38,775 nt of DNA from Nitrospirales bacterium (GCA_036443915.1 JAZFZJ010000041.1:1-38775), one strand, 5' to 3'; shown: positions 10,289-19,323, numbered from the stretch's first letter. The notes: generated from the letters alone by a model not told the origin. Numbers and translations: made by a program.

Positions 10289-12061
10289 TTAAACCCCAGA
10301 GGGTAGCACCACCCGTTCACGATTATGCCGAGCGATATATAACAACCCATCTGCCATGGAATAATTAAATGGCAACTCGCACACCACTTCACTGATTTTT
10401 TCATAGATATGTTGATACATTTTTTCAGCTCGCTCCGGAGTCATTCCGGTTTTGACTTCATAGAAAAAGCCTAAACTCAGGTCTTCAGAAGCGGGTCGCA
10501 TAATCCTCTGCACTCCATACGCCCCAGGATCACTCATAATGGGAGCTTCTTTCTCCAAATCAAACAGACAGGGTTGGCAAGAAAACCCATACGAGGAATG
10601 AAGTTTGGTATTCTTCACGATAAAATGCATGGTTTCCAGGGATTCCTCTTCCGTTTCAGTCGGGAACCCGACAATCACATAACAATGAACAGCAATCCCC
10701 AGGTCGACACAGTCTGAACAAATTCGGTCGACATTTTCCTGCGTAATACCCTTCACCATGAAATCCATCAAGCGGGCATTATAGGTTTCCAAACCAAACA
10801 CGATCTTCTGACAACCAGCCTCACGCATCAATCCCAATAATTCTCGCGACAGATTTTTTTCAAACCGCAACTCGGCGGTCCATTGAAACTCTAACCCTCT
10901 TTTAATCATTTCCTTGCAGAGCCGTTTTGTAGGTGAAAGGGCAAGGCATTCATCCGTGAAGAAAAAGTAGGGTGTATCATATTTATGCGATAAGGCTTCT
11001 AACTCATCAACCACCTTCACAGGATCTTTTTGTCGGAAGTTCTGATGATCTAAAGTCAACGCGCAAAACGCACAGTCCTTATAGTAGCACCCTCGAGAAA
11101 ATTGAACGGGCAAAACCGTATGGGGAGCCAAATATTGATTTAACGGAAACCCCTCATAGTTTGGAGCAGGATGTTCAGCTAAATTTTCTGAATAAAAGGG
11201 TTGATTGACAATAATTTTTCCATCTTGCCGCCAAATGAGGTTCGGAACTTTACTAAAGTCTTTTTTCCCAGCTAGTTGGTTGATCATTTCCAACAGAGCG
11301 GTTTCTCCCTCAAAAACAATAAAATCATCGGTCAACTCAAATAGGCGATGACAGCGCCTGAGATTATCGACTAACCGGGTAAAAATACTTCCCCCAACTG
11401 TCACATGAACTTGCGGAAAGGCCTCTTTAATGAGCTTACAAAGCGTTAATCCTGGTATGATCTGTGAGGTGGCAGTAATCGATATTCCCACAAAATCTGG
11501 AGTATCTTGAGTGAAGGAGGGAAGGAAAAATTTGCGGTAGAGGTCAAGATAGGGATTTTGGGTTTCATCCTGAAGGGCTTTAACAATATCGCGTGAAGAA
11601 TAAATAGAATACGAAAGTTGATTATCCACTACGGTCATTCTGGTAGGAAAATACAAGGAGGAGACAACTTCCAACCATCGATCAATGACAAATAGTGATT
11701 CTCGATACCGGTCTATGTCAAAAAAGCCCTCCCCACGCAACGACACTTTGGCGGGCTCCACTTCGTCAATGAGGGAAGGAAATCGGTCCAGGGATTCCAC
11801 AGCCCTGGCGTAATGCTCCTTACTCCCGGGGCCTGTTTCTCCACTAACCGATTGTTCGAGTTTTCTCACTAAATCAATAAGTTGTTGATGAATATCTAAT
11901 CCAAAACTCTTGGTTAACATCCTATCTAATAACTCAATATTTAAATCTCGTTGTTGCTGAACGGGCACCCCTGATTTTTCAAGAAAGGCTGAAAGACAGG
12001 GAATACTAAGATAGGGTTGCGAGGGATGCCAACTAGGAGGAAATAAAAGGGAAATATTCAC
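10289..12061 (-). CDS. Cobalamin-binding radical SAM enzyme (class B methyltransferase-like)
   Basis: B12-binding domain (PDFVGISIT...VHVTVGGS), RGCYYKDCAFC cluster motif, FFFTDE, AGC..I.FGLET, VIVGFPTET; GTG at 12061 follows GGGAGG RBS (preferred to TTG at 12094). Confidence 0.9.
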   Translation of the reverse strand: MNISLLFPPSWHPSQPYLSIPCLSAFLEKSGVPVQQQRDLNIELLDRMLTKSFGLDIHQQLIDLVRKLEQSVSGETGPGSKEHYARAVESLDRFPSLIDEVEPAKVSLRGEGFFDIDRYRESLFVIDRWLEVVSSLYFPTRMTVVDNQLSYSIYSSRDIVKALQDETQNPYLDLYRKFFLPSFTQDTPDFVGISITATSQIIPGLTLCKLIKEAFPQVHVTVGGSIFTRLVDNLRRCHRLFELTDDFIVFEGETALLEMINQLAGKKDFSKVPNLIWRQDGKIIVNQPFYSENLAEHPAPNYEGFPLNQYLAPHTVLPVQFSRGCYYKDCAFCALTLDHQNFRQKDPVKVVDELEALSHKYDTPYFFFTDECLALSPTKRLCKEMIKRGLEFQWTAELRFEKNLSRELLGLMREAGCQKIVFGLETYNARLMDFMVKGITQENVDRICSDCVDLGIAVHCYVIVGFPTETEEESLETMHFIVKNTKLHSSYGFSCQPCLFDLEKEAPIMSDPGAYGVQRIMRPASEDLSLGFFYEVKTGMTPERAEKMYQHIYEKISEVVCELPFNYSMADGLLYIARHNRERVVLPSGV

Positions 12062-12297
12062 AACACGCCTCCCAGTTAATGGGGGTGGTAACAAAAAAGC
12101 AAAAAAGTGTCCTGTATTATAAATTTATACACGCCGCATTCTTCTCAATGCAACCATGTTATAAACATTATTGTCCGGATTGGGAAAACTCTTGACAACA
12201 AACCTGTATGATGTCCTCACCCTGAGGGATAAAAGAGAGAATTCCTAAGAGCTTTCTAAGGAAAGACCCACGGAGAAATTTCGTAGAAAGAAAGTAT

Positions 12298-12353
12298 AAA
12301 AAAAAAGCCTCCGATAATCCACCCAAATTCATGAGGCAAATCGCCGGAGGCTT
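12298..12353 (-). terminator. Intrinsic terminator after the chaperone-nxrC-like pair
   Basis: AAGCCTCCG/CGGAGGCTT inverted repeat (12305-12313, 12345-12353), extended by G-U pairs on the minus-strand RNA and ending in a 9-U run. Confidence 0.8.
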
Positions 12354-12397
12354 AAAACTTCAGAGCCCAAAACTCTGACAAAACAATAACTGATTGA

Positions 12398-13351
12398 CTA
12401 TGGCATCTGCGCGGTGAACCAGGTCGAAATCCCCTTCATGCCGTTCCGTTCCACATTCGCGCCATCCCAGACCGCAAACGCTATGGGCAAACTCGCCCCG
12501 GCTTTAAACTGCACATCGTTCGGGTCATTCGTCTTCAAACTCCGCTTCATCACGACCCGCCAGGTAGGACCACTGCAGCACCCACCCTTTAAAGCGCCAT
12601 AGGGTTCCCATAACCCATTGCCCAACACATCTTGTGAGGCTTGCGTGGTCAACGTGCTAAACCCATTGGCATTCAAATCTTCCACCGTACTCACCCGCAT
12701 GTCCGGATCAGACAGGATATTACCCGACCAAATCCCCGGGTTGAAGGGCCCTAAGCTCCGCCCAATTCGATCAGGAAAGGTCACCCCACCCGCCGGCTCT
12801 TCATAGTAAAAGTCCCAGGCAATGGAGGGGTATTGGTCGTCCACATCCCACATGCCGGCAACGCCCCGGCCTTGGTCCTTTTGCCATTCGGCATTCCACC
12901 GCCAAATATTCACGGTTCCCCCCGACTGCCCCATACATTGAAAAGGCGGCGCCCCAGAGGTTTGCACCGGGAACTGCACGGCCATTTGATCCCGAAAATC
13001 TTGTGGCCCAATGGTGGTGTCATTTAAAGTTTGATCGCCCCAGTTGGTCCAAATCCCGATCTCTTTGCCGTTCGTGGCCATTTTGACCATAACGGTTTTG
13101 ACGGAAATGTTGGGGTGCATCGGAGTGGTAATGGTTTGCCCACTAAGGGGCACAACAATCCCAGGTACGGATTCCCAAACGGGGTGGGCCGCATCCATGG
13201 GGATGGCTCCAGCAATCTTACCTACCGGAATAGTCACCGGCTGTGAGACGGCCAGCGGAATCTGCCCAATGGTCAATCCAACACAGACCACAAGAACAGA
13301 CAGAAGAACGCCAAACACGAATCGTTTGTTACGCGTCTGCACCAATCTCAT
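12398..13351 (-). CDS. nxrC: EB_dh-like heme b protein, candidate NXR gamma subunit (NxrC)
   Basis: FRDQMAVQFP, FQCMGQ, VNIWRWNAEWQ, IAFAVWDGANVERNGMK; N-terminal signal/anchor; directly downstream of a TorD-family chaperone, as in Nitrospira. Confidence 0.8.
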   Translation of the reverse strand: MRLVQTRNKRFVFGVLLSVLVVCVGLTIGQIPLAVSQPVTIPVGKIAGAIPMDAAHPVWESVPGIVVPLSGQTITTPMHPNISVKTVMVKMATNGKEIGIWTNWGDQTLNDTTIGPQDFRDQMAVQFPVQTSGAPPFQCMGQSGGTVNIWRWNAEWQKDQGRGVAGMWDVDDQYPSIAWDFYYEEPAGGVTFPDRIGRSLGPFNPGIWSGNILSDPDMRVSTVEDLNANGFSTLTTQASQDVLGNGLWEPYGALKGGCCSGPTWRVVMKRSLKTNDPNDVQFKAGASLPIAFAVWDGANVERNGMKGISTWFTAQMP

Positions 13352-13458
13352 AATGACGCATCCTCTCTTTGATAAAAGATTAAAACCGAAAAGCCTGCAA
13401 ACTAACTGTCTCCTGAAACCTGTCGAACAAAAACGATTTTTCTATTCCACTTCTTTTT

Positions 13459-14433
13459 CTAGGCATTACCTGATTCTTCAGATACCCCACTTTCTTTATC
13501 CAAAAATGCATCGGCTCCCACTTCGCTCATAAGGAGGCTCAATTCGTTCCCTTTGTCTTGAGCACCACATTCAAAGGATTGGCCCTCCGGATTCATGGCG
13601 GTGGCTGGACGATAATCAGTCTCCGAATAGGCCTGCGGGGTGACACCAAGGAAGGCAATGTCGAAGGCTAGCCAATCAGAGGTAAAATCTGCCAAGACTT
13701 TATAAAGTCCGTACTCCGCTTTTCTTTTTAACATGCCAGCAAACAAAGGAACCCACCGACCTATATGTTCTTTCACAAATTTTTTCTCTGCCTCAAGAAC
13801 CGTCCTTAACTTTTCTGCCCCATCATGCAAAATAGCGTATGACTCTTTATAGGCCAAATAATGCATAAATTCTAATTCGACACTCAAATGATCCAACCGT
13901 TCGTGAATGTCAGGAGAAAGTTGAAGGCCAAATGCACTATAAAAACCAGCAATATCCCCCATCACATACGACTGGCCAAACACATGGTCATTACCAAACA
14001 ACGTTTCGTAAGGCGGACAATCCAAAGCAATCACATTACTGAAAACACGGCGGTGTTCATCACGCAAATCTTGGATATTCCAATTTTCTCCTTCTGAAGA
14101 GACCCATTTTTCAATGGCATCAAAATGAGAAGACAACGCTTGAATACGATCTGCTCCCTCTTGCCCACCCAGATTTTGTAATACCTTTTTCAACCCTTCT
14201 AAGGCTGCCCGTCCATCTTCAACAAACTCCCCGCTCTGAAGATAGTCTAAGAACTCCTCATCTTCTGGATACAGATACCCCCAGGAAATAAGCAGATAGA
14301 GTTTGCTTCGGCAAAGCGCCCGGTCAACCGCTGGTGCATCCTTTGGAGAAATCTTTACCACCTTTTGTTCTCCAGAAATGGATGCCCCGTTTGTTCTTCC
14401 TTGTATTTTCCCTTCCTTCACCCCTGTTGTCAT
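13459..14433 (-). CDS. TorD/DmsD-family molybdoenzyme chaperone (EbdD/NXR-delta-like)
   Basis: CPPYET, GDIAGFYSAFGL, ERLDHLSVELEFMHYL, FVKEHIGRW motifs. Confidence 0.9.
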   Translation of the reverse strand: MTTGVKEGKIQGRTNGASISGEQKVVKISPKDAPAVDRALCRSKLYLLISWGYLYPEDEEFLDYLQSGEFVEDGRAALEGLKKVLQNLGGQEGADRIQALSSHFDAIEKWVSSEGENWNIQDLRDEHRRVFSNVIALDCPPYETLFGNDHVFGQSYVMGDIAGFYSAFGLQLSPDIHERLDHLSVELEFMHYLAYKESYAILHDGAEKLRTVLEAEKKFVKEHIGRWVPLFAGMLKRKAEYGLYKVLADFTSDWLAFDIAFLGVTPQAYSETDYRPATAMNPEGQSFECGAQDKGNELSLLMSEVGADAFLDKESGVSEESGNA

Positions 14434-14526
14434 ATTTCACCTTACTCCGTTAAGAGATTTTCAACGTGAAGAATATATAAATTCGAAAAAATATCGTCCA
14501 TTAGAAATTCACGAAAAGGGGAGCAG

Positions 14527-14555
14527 ATAATAGGACAACAGGCCCATGAAGTCAA
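14527..14555 (-). promoter_or_regulatory. sigma70-type promoter for the chaperone-nxrC operon
   Basis: Minus strand TTGACT (14550-14555)-17 nt-TATTAT (14527-14532). Confidence 0.65.
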
Positions 14556-14747
14556 GACGTTATTATCCCCAATGGCCTTATCTCCTCTACAATATCCTTA
14601 TAGACACTGTTCCCCCATAGTCATGAAAAAACTCTGAATATAACCAATGATTTAAATGGGTTTTCCCCAGAACTTGTCCTCCCTTCATTACCTCAAATTG
14701 TGGATTCCATGAGCCCATGTCCCAATATTACCAACATTCATAGGAAA

Positions 14748-15380
14748 TTACCCTAAGGAAACCCATGGCTTCCGGGGAACAACCCGAATGGCCTCCCTGT
14801 CATTGACGGTTCGGCATATATATTGACAGATCCCGCAGCCAACGCACTGGCTCTCATCTACCACAACCACAAACTTCCCAAAATCCATGGAAATAGCCCC
14901 AGTAGGGCACTTCGACACGCAGGCATTGCAACCATTCCCTGCGGTACACCTATTCGGTGTAACTATCGCTATACCCATGGTCACCTCATGAAGACTCCTT
15001 AGCGGCAAAAGGGCCTCAGTTTCACAGGCCTCAATACAGGGAAAATCTTCGCATAATTGGCACGGAGTTTCCCCCGGAAAGATAACGGGAGTTTCATGAA
15101 TGGGTAAGGATTGAATGGCATCATAGGGACAAGCCTCCACGCAATCCGCACATTTTGTACAACGCTCTAAAAATACGGCTTCCTCCACCGCGCCCGGTGG
15201 CCGAAGCCATCCTATCTTTTCTGGGGGAGGGGGCTTAGGTTTATCTGGCACCGTCGCATCACGATGCTTAACAAACTCTTTTACGGTAGCTCCAATGGAA
15301 ACCACGGAATGCCGAAGAAACGTTCTTCGCCCCAGCGAGGGATCGTTAGGCGTCTCGTTCGCAGGCTTGGATTCCGCCAT
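14748..15380 (-). CDS. NapF/NapG/MauM-family 4x[4Fe-4S] ferredoxin
   Basis: LRPPGA motif; CTKCADCVEACP, CQLCEDFPCIEAC, CTAGNGCNACVSKCP, CVGCGICQYIC; N-terminal RRTFL. Confidence 0.85.
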   Translation of the reverse strand: MAESKPANETPNDPSLGRRTFLRHSVVSIGATVKEFVKHRDATVPDKPKPPPPEKIGWLRPPGAVEEAVFLERCTKCADCVEACPYDAIQSLPIHETPVIFPGETPCQLCEDFPCIEACETEALLPLRSLHEVTMGIAIVTPNRCTAGNGCNACVSKCPTGAISMDFGKFVVVVDESQCVGCGICQYICRTVNDREAIRVVPRKPWVSLG

Positions 15381-15442
15381 TAGAAAAGACTCCGTTTTCT
15401 ACAATAAATTAACAAGACCTCAGCATCTTTCTTCTACCATAA

Positions 15443-16441
15443 TTACACCACACCAGAAGCACGAAGTTTATACACTTCAATGCATCGATCACACGCACCA
15501 TATTCAGTGTCCCACCCTGGGTGATTTTCCCGAATAAAATCTAAAACGAATCCCTCCAATGTCTCGTCCAAATTTTCTACCCACGTATATGTAGGAAATC
15601 GACAGAGGGGGCAAGGAAATCCAGGAAGCAACATGGGCTTGGTCGGCACATCAGGGACTTCGCCCTCCTCAACTTCCACGGCCCGTTCAATCACTCGGGT
15701 CGTATCCGAAGCCATTTCAATCAATTCGGCATGACTGAGATAGTCTGCCTGCCAAATCCCTTCAAACACCGATTCCACTTGTCCAGGTGGAATTTTACGA
15801 TACCAGGAACGAAACTCTCGAAACCGGTATTCTTTCGAGAACATGGGTTCTTTTCCAGACCTGGCGATCCGACTATCAACATGTTGACTCCACAGGACTC
15901 GGTATCGATTAACGATTAAATGCTCTTCTCCGGGATTTAACCCCACTTTGGTATCCGGATCATACCCAAATGCCTCGTCAAGCATATCGGAAATATGCGT
16001 CAATTCATGCCGCAAATATCTCGTAATGGCGGGGTCATAAAAACGACGCGGGATCAATTTGATACCGACCCCTTTTTTCCCGTCTTCTTCAAATTGACGA
16101 GCAAGCTTTTCTTCAACCACCCCCCATTTTCTGAGCACATCGACACCCTCTTGATCTTCTTTCAGGACGCCACGCACAAGCACAATGCCTGTTTTATCTC
16201 GCAACGCCGGAAACCCGTCAAAGGCATCTCGGAGAATATCGGCAAATCCCCATTTAGCGAATAAATGTTGATACAACCGCTTAAACTCCGGATCCCGGTC
16301 ATCAAGCGAAAATTTCTCGTAAATAGGATCCGCGAATTCGTGAAACTCATTATAATAGGTTGGGTCTCCCTCACGTTCCGTCTTCTCGGCAAACGAGTCA
16401 ATAACCTCTTGAAGAAGAGCGGGTTGAAAACGAATTTCCAT
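15443..16441 (-). CDS. Hypothetical protein with HExxH motif and C-terminal CxxC...CxxC
   Basis: RHELTH at 15995-16012; CPLC and CDRC near C-terminus; ATG at 16441 follows GGGAGG RBS. Confidence 0.8.
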   Translation of the reverse strand: MEIRFQPALLQEVIDSFAEKTEREGDPTYYNEFHEFADPIYEKFSLDDRDPEFKRLYQHLFAKWGFADILRDAFDGFPALRDKTGIVLVRGVLKEDQEGVDVLRKWGVVEEKLARQFEEDGKKGVGIKLIPRRFYDPAITRYLRHELTHISDMLDEAFGYDPDTKVGLNPGEEHLIVNRYRVLWSQHVDSRIARSGKEPMFSKEYRFREFRSWYRKIPPGQVESVFEGIWQADYLSHAELIEMASDTTRVIERAVEVEEGEVPDVPTKPMLLPGFPCPLCRFPTYTWVENLDETLEGFVLDFIRENHPGWDTEYGACDRCIEVYKLRASGVV

Positions 16442-16543
16442 CAGCAAGCCTCCCTTTACGGCCACATCACCACGAGATTAGGGGAATTTTTCTCATGATG
16501 ATGCCCATGTCCATATTTTCGAATATATTCATAAAAACGTACC

Positions 16544-16616
16544 TTGACTCCCTCGAAAAGCCCCGTTTAGTATCATAATTGATAGGATTATAGGAATGAA
16601 TTTTCCCGTTTGGCAA
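16544..16616. promoter_or_regulatory. Overlapping opposed sigma70-type promoters with central inverted repeat
   Basis: Plus: TTGACT(16544-49)-18-TAGTAT(16568-73); minus: TTGCCA(16611-16)-18-TATAAT(16587-92); TATCA-N4-TGATA at 16571-16584. Confidence 0.55.
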
Positions 16617-16688
16617 GGGAATACCATAGGTGGAAAGGCATTCCACCATTTCACTCGTCATTTATTGGCAATCTAAGCGAGGAGTTTC

Positions 16689-17783
16689 ATGACACAGCCT
16701 ACAAGCCCTGACACCATCAGCCCTCAACCCCCCTTCACTCCACACCTTGAGGCTGAACCAACACCCATCATTGATTCCTTGCCCTATTGGAAGAGTGGCG
16801 CAAAAGAGGTCAAGTCCTTTCGTGGCCATTCTCAAGAAATTTGGTCTGTCTCCTTCGCCCCTGATGGCCTCACTCTCGCAAGTGGAGGAAATGATCGTTT
16901 CCTCCGAATGTGGGACATCGAAAGCGGTCGCGAGCTTCGGAAGTTACGAGGACACACTCAGCTTGTTCGACAAGTCCAGTATAGTCCGGATGGTCAAATA
17001 TTAGCCTCAGCCAGCGAAGACCGGACCATTCGCTTATGGAATCCTCAATCTGGAGAAACCATTCGGATACTCTTTACCCGCTATGATCATGCCGTTTGCA
17101 GTATTTCTTTTTCTCCCGACGGATTAATGTTGGCGCGCGCCGGCCAAAATAAAGATATAAAAATTTGGGAAGTCACCACCGGCACAGAACTCATGACCCT
17201 CCTTGGCAAAGATCAATACGACCATAATTGGAGTGTCTGTACTGCATTTTCCCCGGACGGGATCCATTTGGTATCAGGCAGTGATATTGGGAAAATCAAA
17301 CTCTATGAGGTGCTCCCAAGCGGGGAAGAAAAAATGATCCATGATGGCCATTGGAGAGATGAGCCTGATGATGAAGAGACAGATGCTCGGGGATTCTATG
17401 TTGATGATGCTGGGCAATTTCAAAAACCCATGGAATATTGGATTGGAGCCCTTACCTATACCCCTGATGGATCGACCATGATTTCAGGAAGTCGAGACTG
17501 TACGATTAAATTCTGGGACATGCCAACCTTAACAGTACGGCGCACCTTGAAAGGTCATTCGGAATGGGTTCGGAATCTCCTTGTTACCCAAGACGGAAAG
17601 GTGCTCGTCAGCGCAAGTGATGATGGAACAGTTAAAATGTGGGATATCGAGACTGGTCGCCAAATTCGAACTCTCAAATCCCATAAAGGTCCTGTGCGGG
17701 GAATTGCCCTCTCGGCTAATGGGAAATATCTGGCTACAGCAGGAAACGATCGTATTATCCGGCTCTGGGAAGGGGGAGAATAG
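16689..17783 (+). CDS. WD40-repeat protein
   Basis: About seven GH...V.FSPDG..LAS...D..I.WD repeats; GAGGAG RBS. Confidence 0.93.
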   Translation: MTQPTSPDTISPQPPFTPHLEAEPTPIIDSLPYWKSGAKEVKSFRGHSQEIWSVSFAPDGLTLASGGNDRFLRMWDIESGRELRKLRGHTQLVRQVQYSPDGQILASASEDRTIRLWNPQSGETIRILFTRYDHAVCSISFSPDGLMLARAGQNKDIKIWEVTTGTELMTLLGKDQYDHNWSVCTAFSPDGIHLVSGSDIGKIKLYEVLPSGEEKMIHDGHWRDEPDDEETDARGFYVDDAGQFQKPMEYWIGALTYTPDGSTMISGSRDCTIKFWDMPTLTVRRTLKGHSEWVRNLLVTQDGKVLVSASDDGTVKMWDIETGRQIRTLKSHKGPVRGIALSANGKYLATAGNDRIIRLWEGGE

Positions 17784-17862
17784 GGGTACCTCTTCTCACC
17801 CCTCAACCCTGAAAAATAGTGGATGGCATGCCCATGACAACAGCTCTCCTTGGGATGATCGG

Positions 17863-19323
17863 TCAATCTTCACCCCAGTCATCTCGTCCTGGATTTGTTC
17901 CATCACGTGACCGAACAATACCGTAACGTTTACACTTTTCCCAGAGTCCTTTTCGAGATAATCCTAGAACTTTCGAAGCCGTGGTTCGGCTCCAGCCCGT
18001 TCGGTTTAAGATTTCAAGAATATGGTTCCGTTCAAATTGTTCTCGAGCCAAAGCTAAGGTTTCCATGGCCCCATTTTTCACCCCGCTTCGCCCTTCCAGA
18101 TCCCCACAAAACCCGCATCCCTTTTGTGGTTCTCCACCAGCATAGGGGCATTGACTTTGTCCGCATAGATCCTGGACATGTATCTCCTTTGCCTGTTGTC
18201 CCAATGCGACGGCCCGTTCTATGGTATTTTCCAATTCCCGCACGTTCCCGGGAAAAGAATAGCGAAACAGCACCTCACGAGCTTGACGAGACAGGACTTT
18301 CGGCTCTTGGTGGTTCCGGGTCGCCATGGTCTGTAAAAAGTGGTGCGCGATCATGAGAATATCTTCCCGACGTTCTCGAAGAGGAGGAATCTGTACCGGC
18401 ACCACGTTCAAACGATAATAGAGATCCTCACGAAATCGGCCCTGCTCTACCTCCTTCTTGAGATCCTTTTGCGTCGCGCACACTAATCGAACATCCACTT
18501 CAATCGTCTCATTTCCTCCCACTCGTTCGAATTGGCGTCCCTGTAACACGCGAAGCAATTTAATCTGGACAACGGGTGAAATTTCTCCAATTTCATCTAG
18601 AAAGAGGGTGCCCTGATGGGCTAATTCGAATCGACCGCGCCGCTGTCGGATGGCACCAGTAAATGCCCCTTTTTCGTGACCGAATAATTCAGCTTCCAGA
18701 AGCGTTTCGGGGAGAGCCGCACAACTCACTTTCACCAAGGTATGGTTTCGGCGAGAACTATTCGAATGGATGGCGTTGGCGATCAACTCCTTTCCCGTTC
18801 CACTTTCGCCCATGATCAACACGGTGGCCTCAGCAGCTGCCACCAACTTGATCTTTTCCAGCACGGCACGCATCTGTTCGTTCTTCCCCACGATCCCTTG
18901 AAAACTAAACTTATGTTCTAATTCTTCACGCAACACCCGATTTTCTTCACGCAGGGCAACCATCGCACAGACCCGTTCAACACTTAACAATAATTCATCC
19001 ATTGAAAAAGGTTTGGTGATGTAATCGTAGGCACCGCCTCTGATGGCTTCAACGGCTGTATCGACGGAACCAAACGCCGTAATGACAATGACTTCCGTAC
19101 TCACACACTGATCCCGACACGTATCAACAATTTGAAGACCATCCGCACCAGGCAATCGCAGATCAGTAATCACAAGATTAAAGTGAGATGACTTCAACCG
19201 TTCCAATCCTTCGGAACCCGTACTCGCTTCTTGTACGTCATATCCACCCGCTTTCAGTGCATCGACCATTGAGACCCGCATTAAGGGTTCATCATCAATG
19301 ATCAAGATGGAACCGTGACTCAT
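17863..19323 (-). CDS. sigma54-dependent NtrC/AtoC-family response regulator
   Basis: Receiver (IIDDE, TDLRLPG, KPF), Walker A GESGTGKE, GAFTGA, FLDEIGE, FPGNVREL, Fis-type HTH. Confidence 0.95.
   Translation of the reverse strand: MSHGSILIIDDEPLMRVSMVDALKAGGYDVQEASTGSEGLERLKSSHFNLVITDLRLPGADGLQIVDTCRDQCVSTEVIVITAFGSVDTAVEAIRGGAYDYITKPFSMDELLLSVERVCAMVALREENRVLREELEHKFSFQGIVGKNEQMRAVLEKIKLVAAAEATVLIMGESGTGKELIANAIHSNSSRRNHTLVKVSCAALPETLLEAELFGHEKGAFTGAIRQRRGRFELAHQGTLFLDEIGEISPVVQIKLLRVLQGRQFERVGGNETIEVDVRLVCATQKDLKKEVEQGRFREDLYYRLNVVPVQIPPLRERREDILMIAHHFLQTMATRNHQEPKVLSRQAREVLFRYSFPGNVRELENTIERAVALGQQAKEIHVQDLCGQSQCPYAGGEPQKGCGFCGDLEGRSGVKNGAMETLALAREQFERNHILEILNRTGWSRTTASKVLGLSRKGLWEKCKRYGIVRSRDGTNPGRDDWGED

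Noticed and set aside
12118-12212. Short palindromes (TATAAATTTATA, GCATT-N6-AATGC, ATGTT-N3-AACAT) and TTGACA...TATGAT upstream of the radical SAM gene
   Set aside because: AT-rich context makes short palindromes likely by chance; the -35/-10 spacing is only 9 nt
14748-15380. Evidence for a periplasmic nitrate reductase (nap) operon
   Set aside because: No napA, napB, napD or napH in the window
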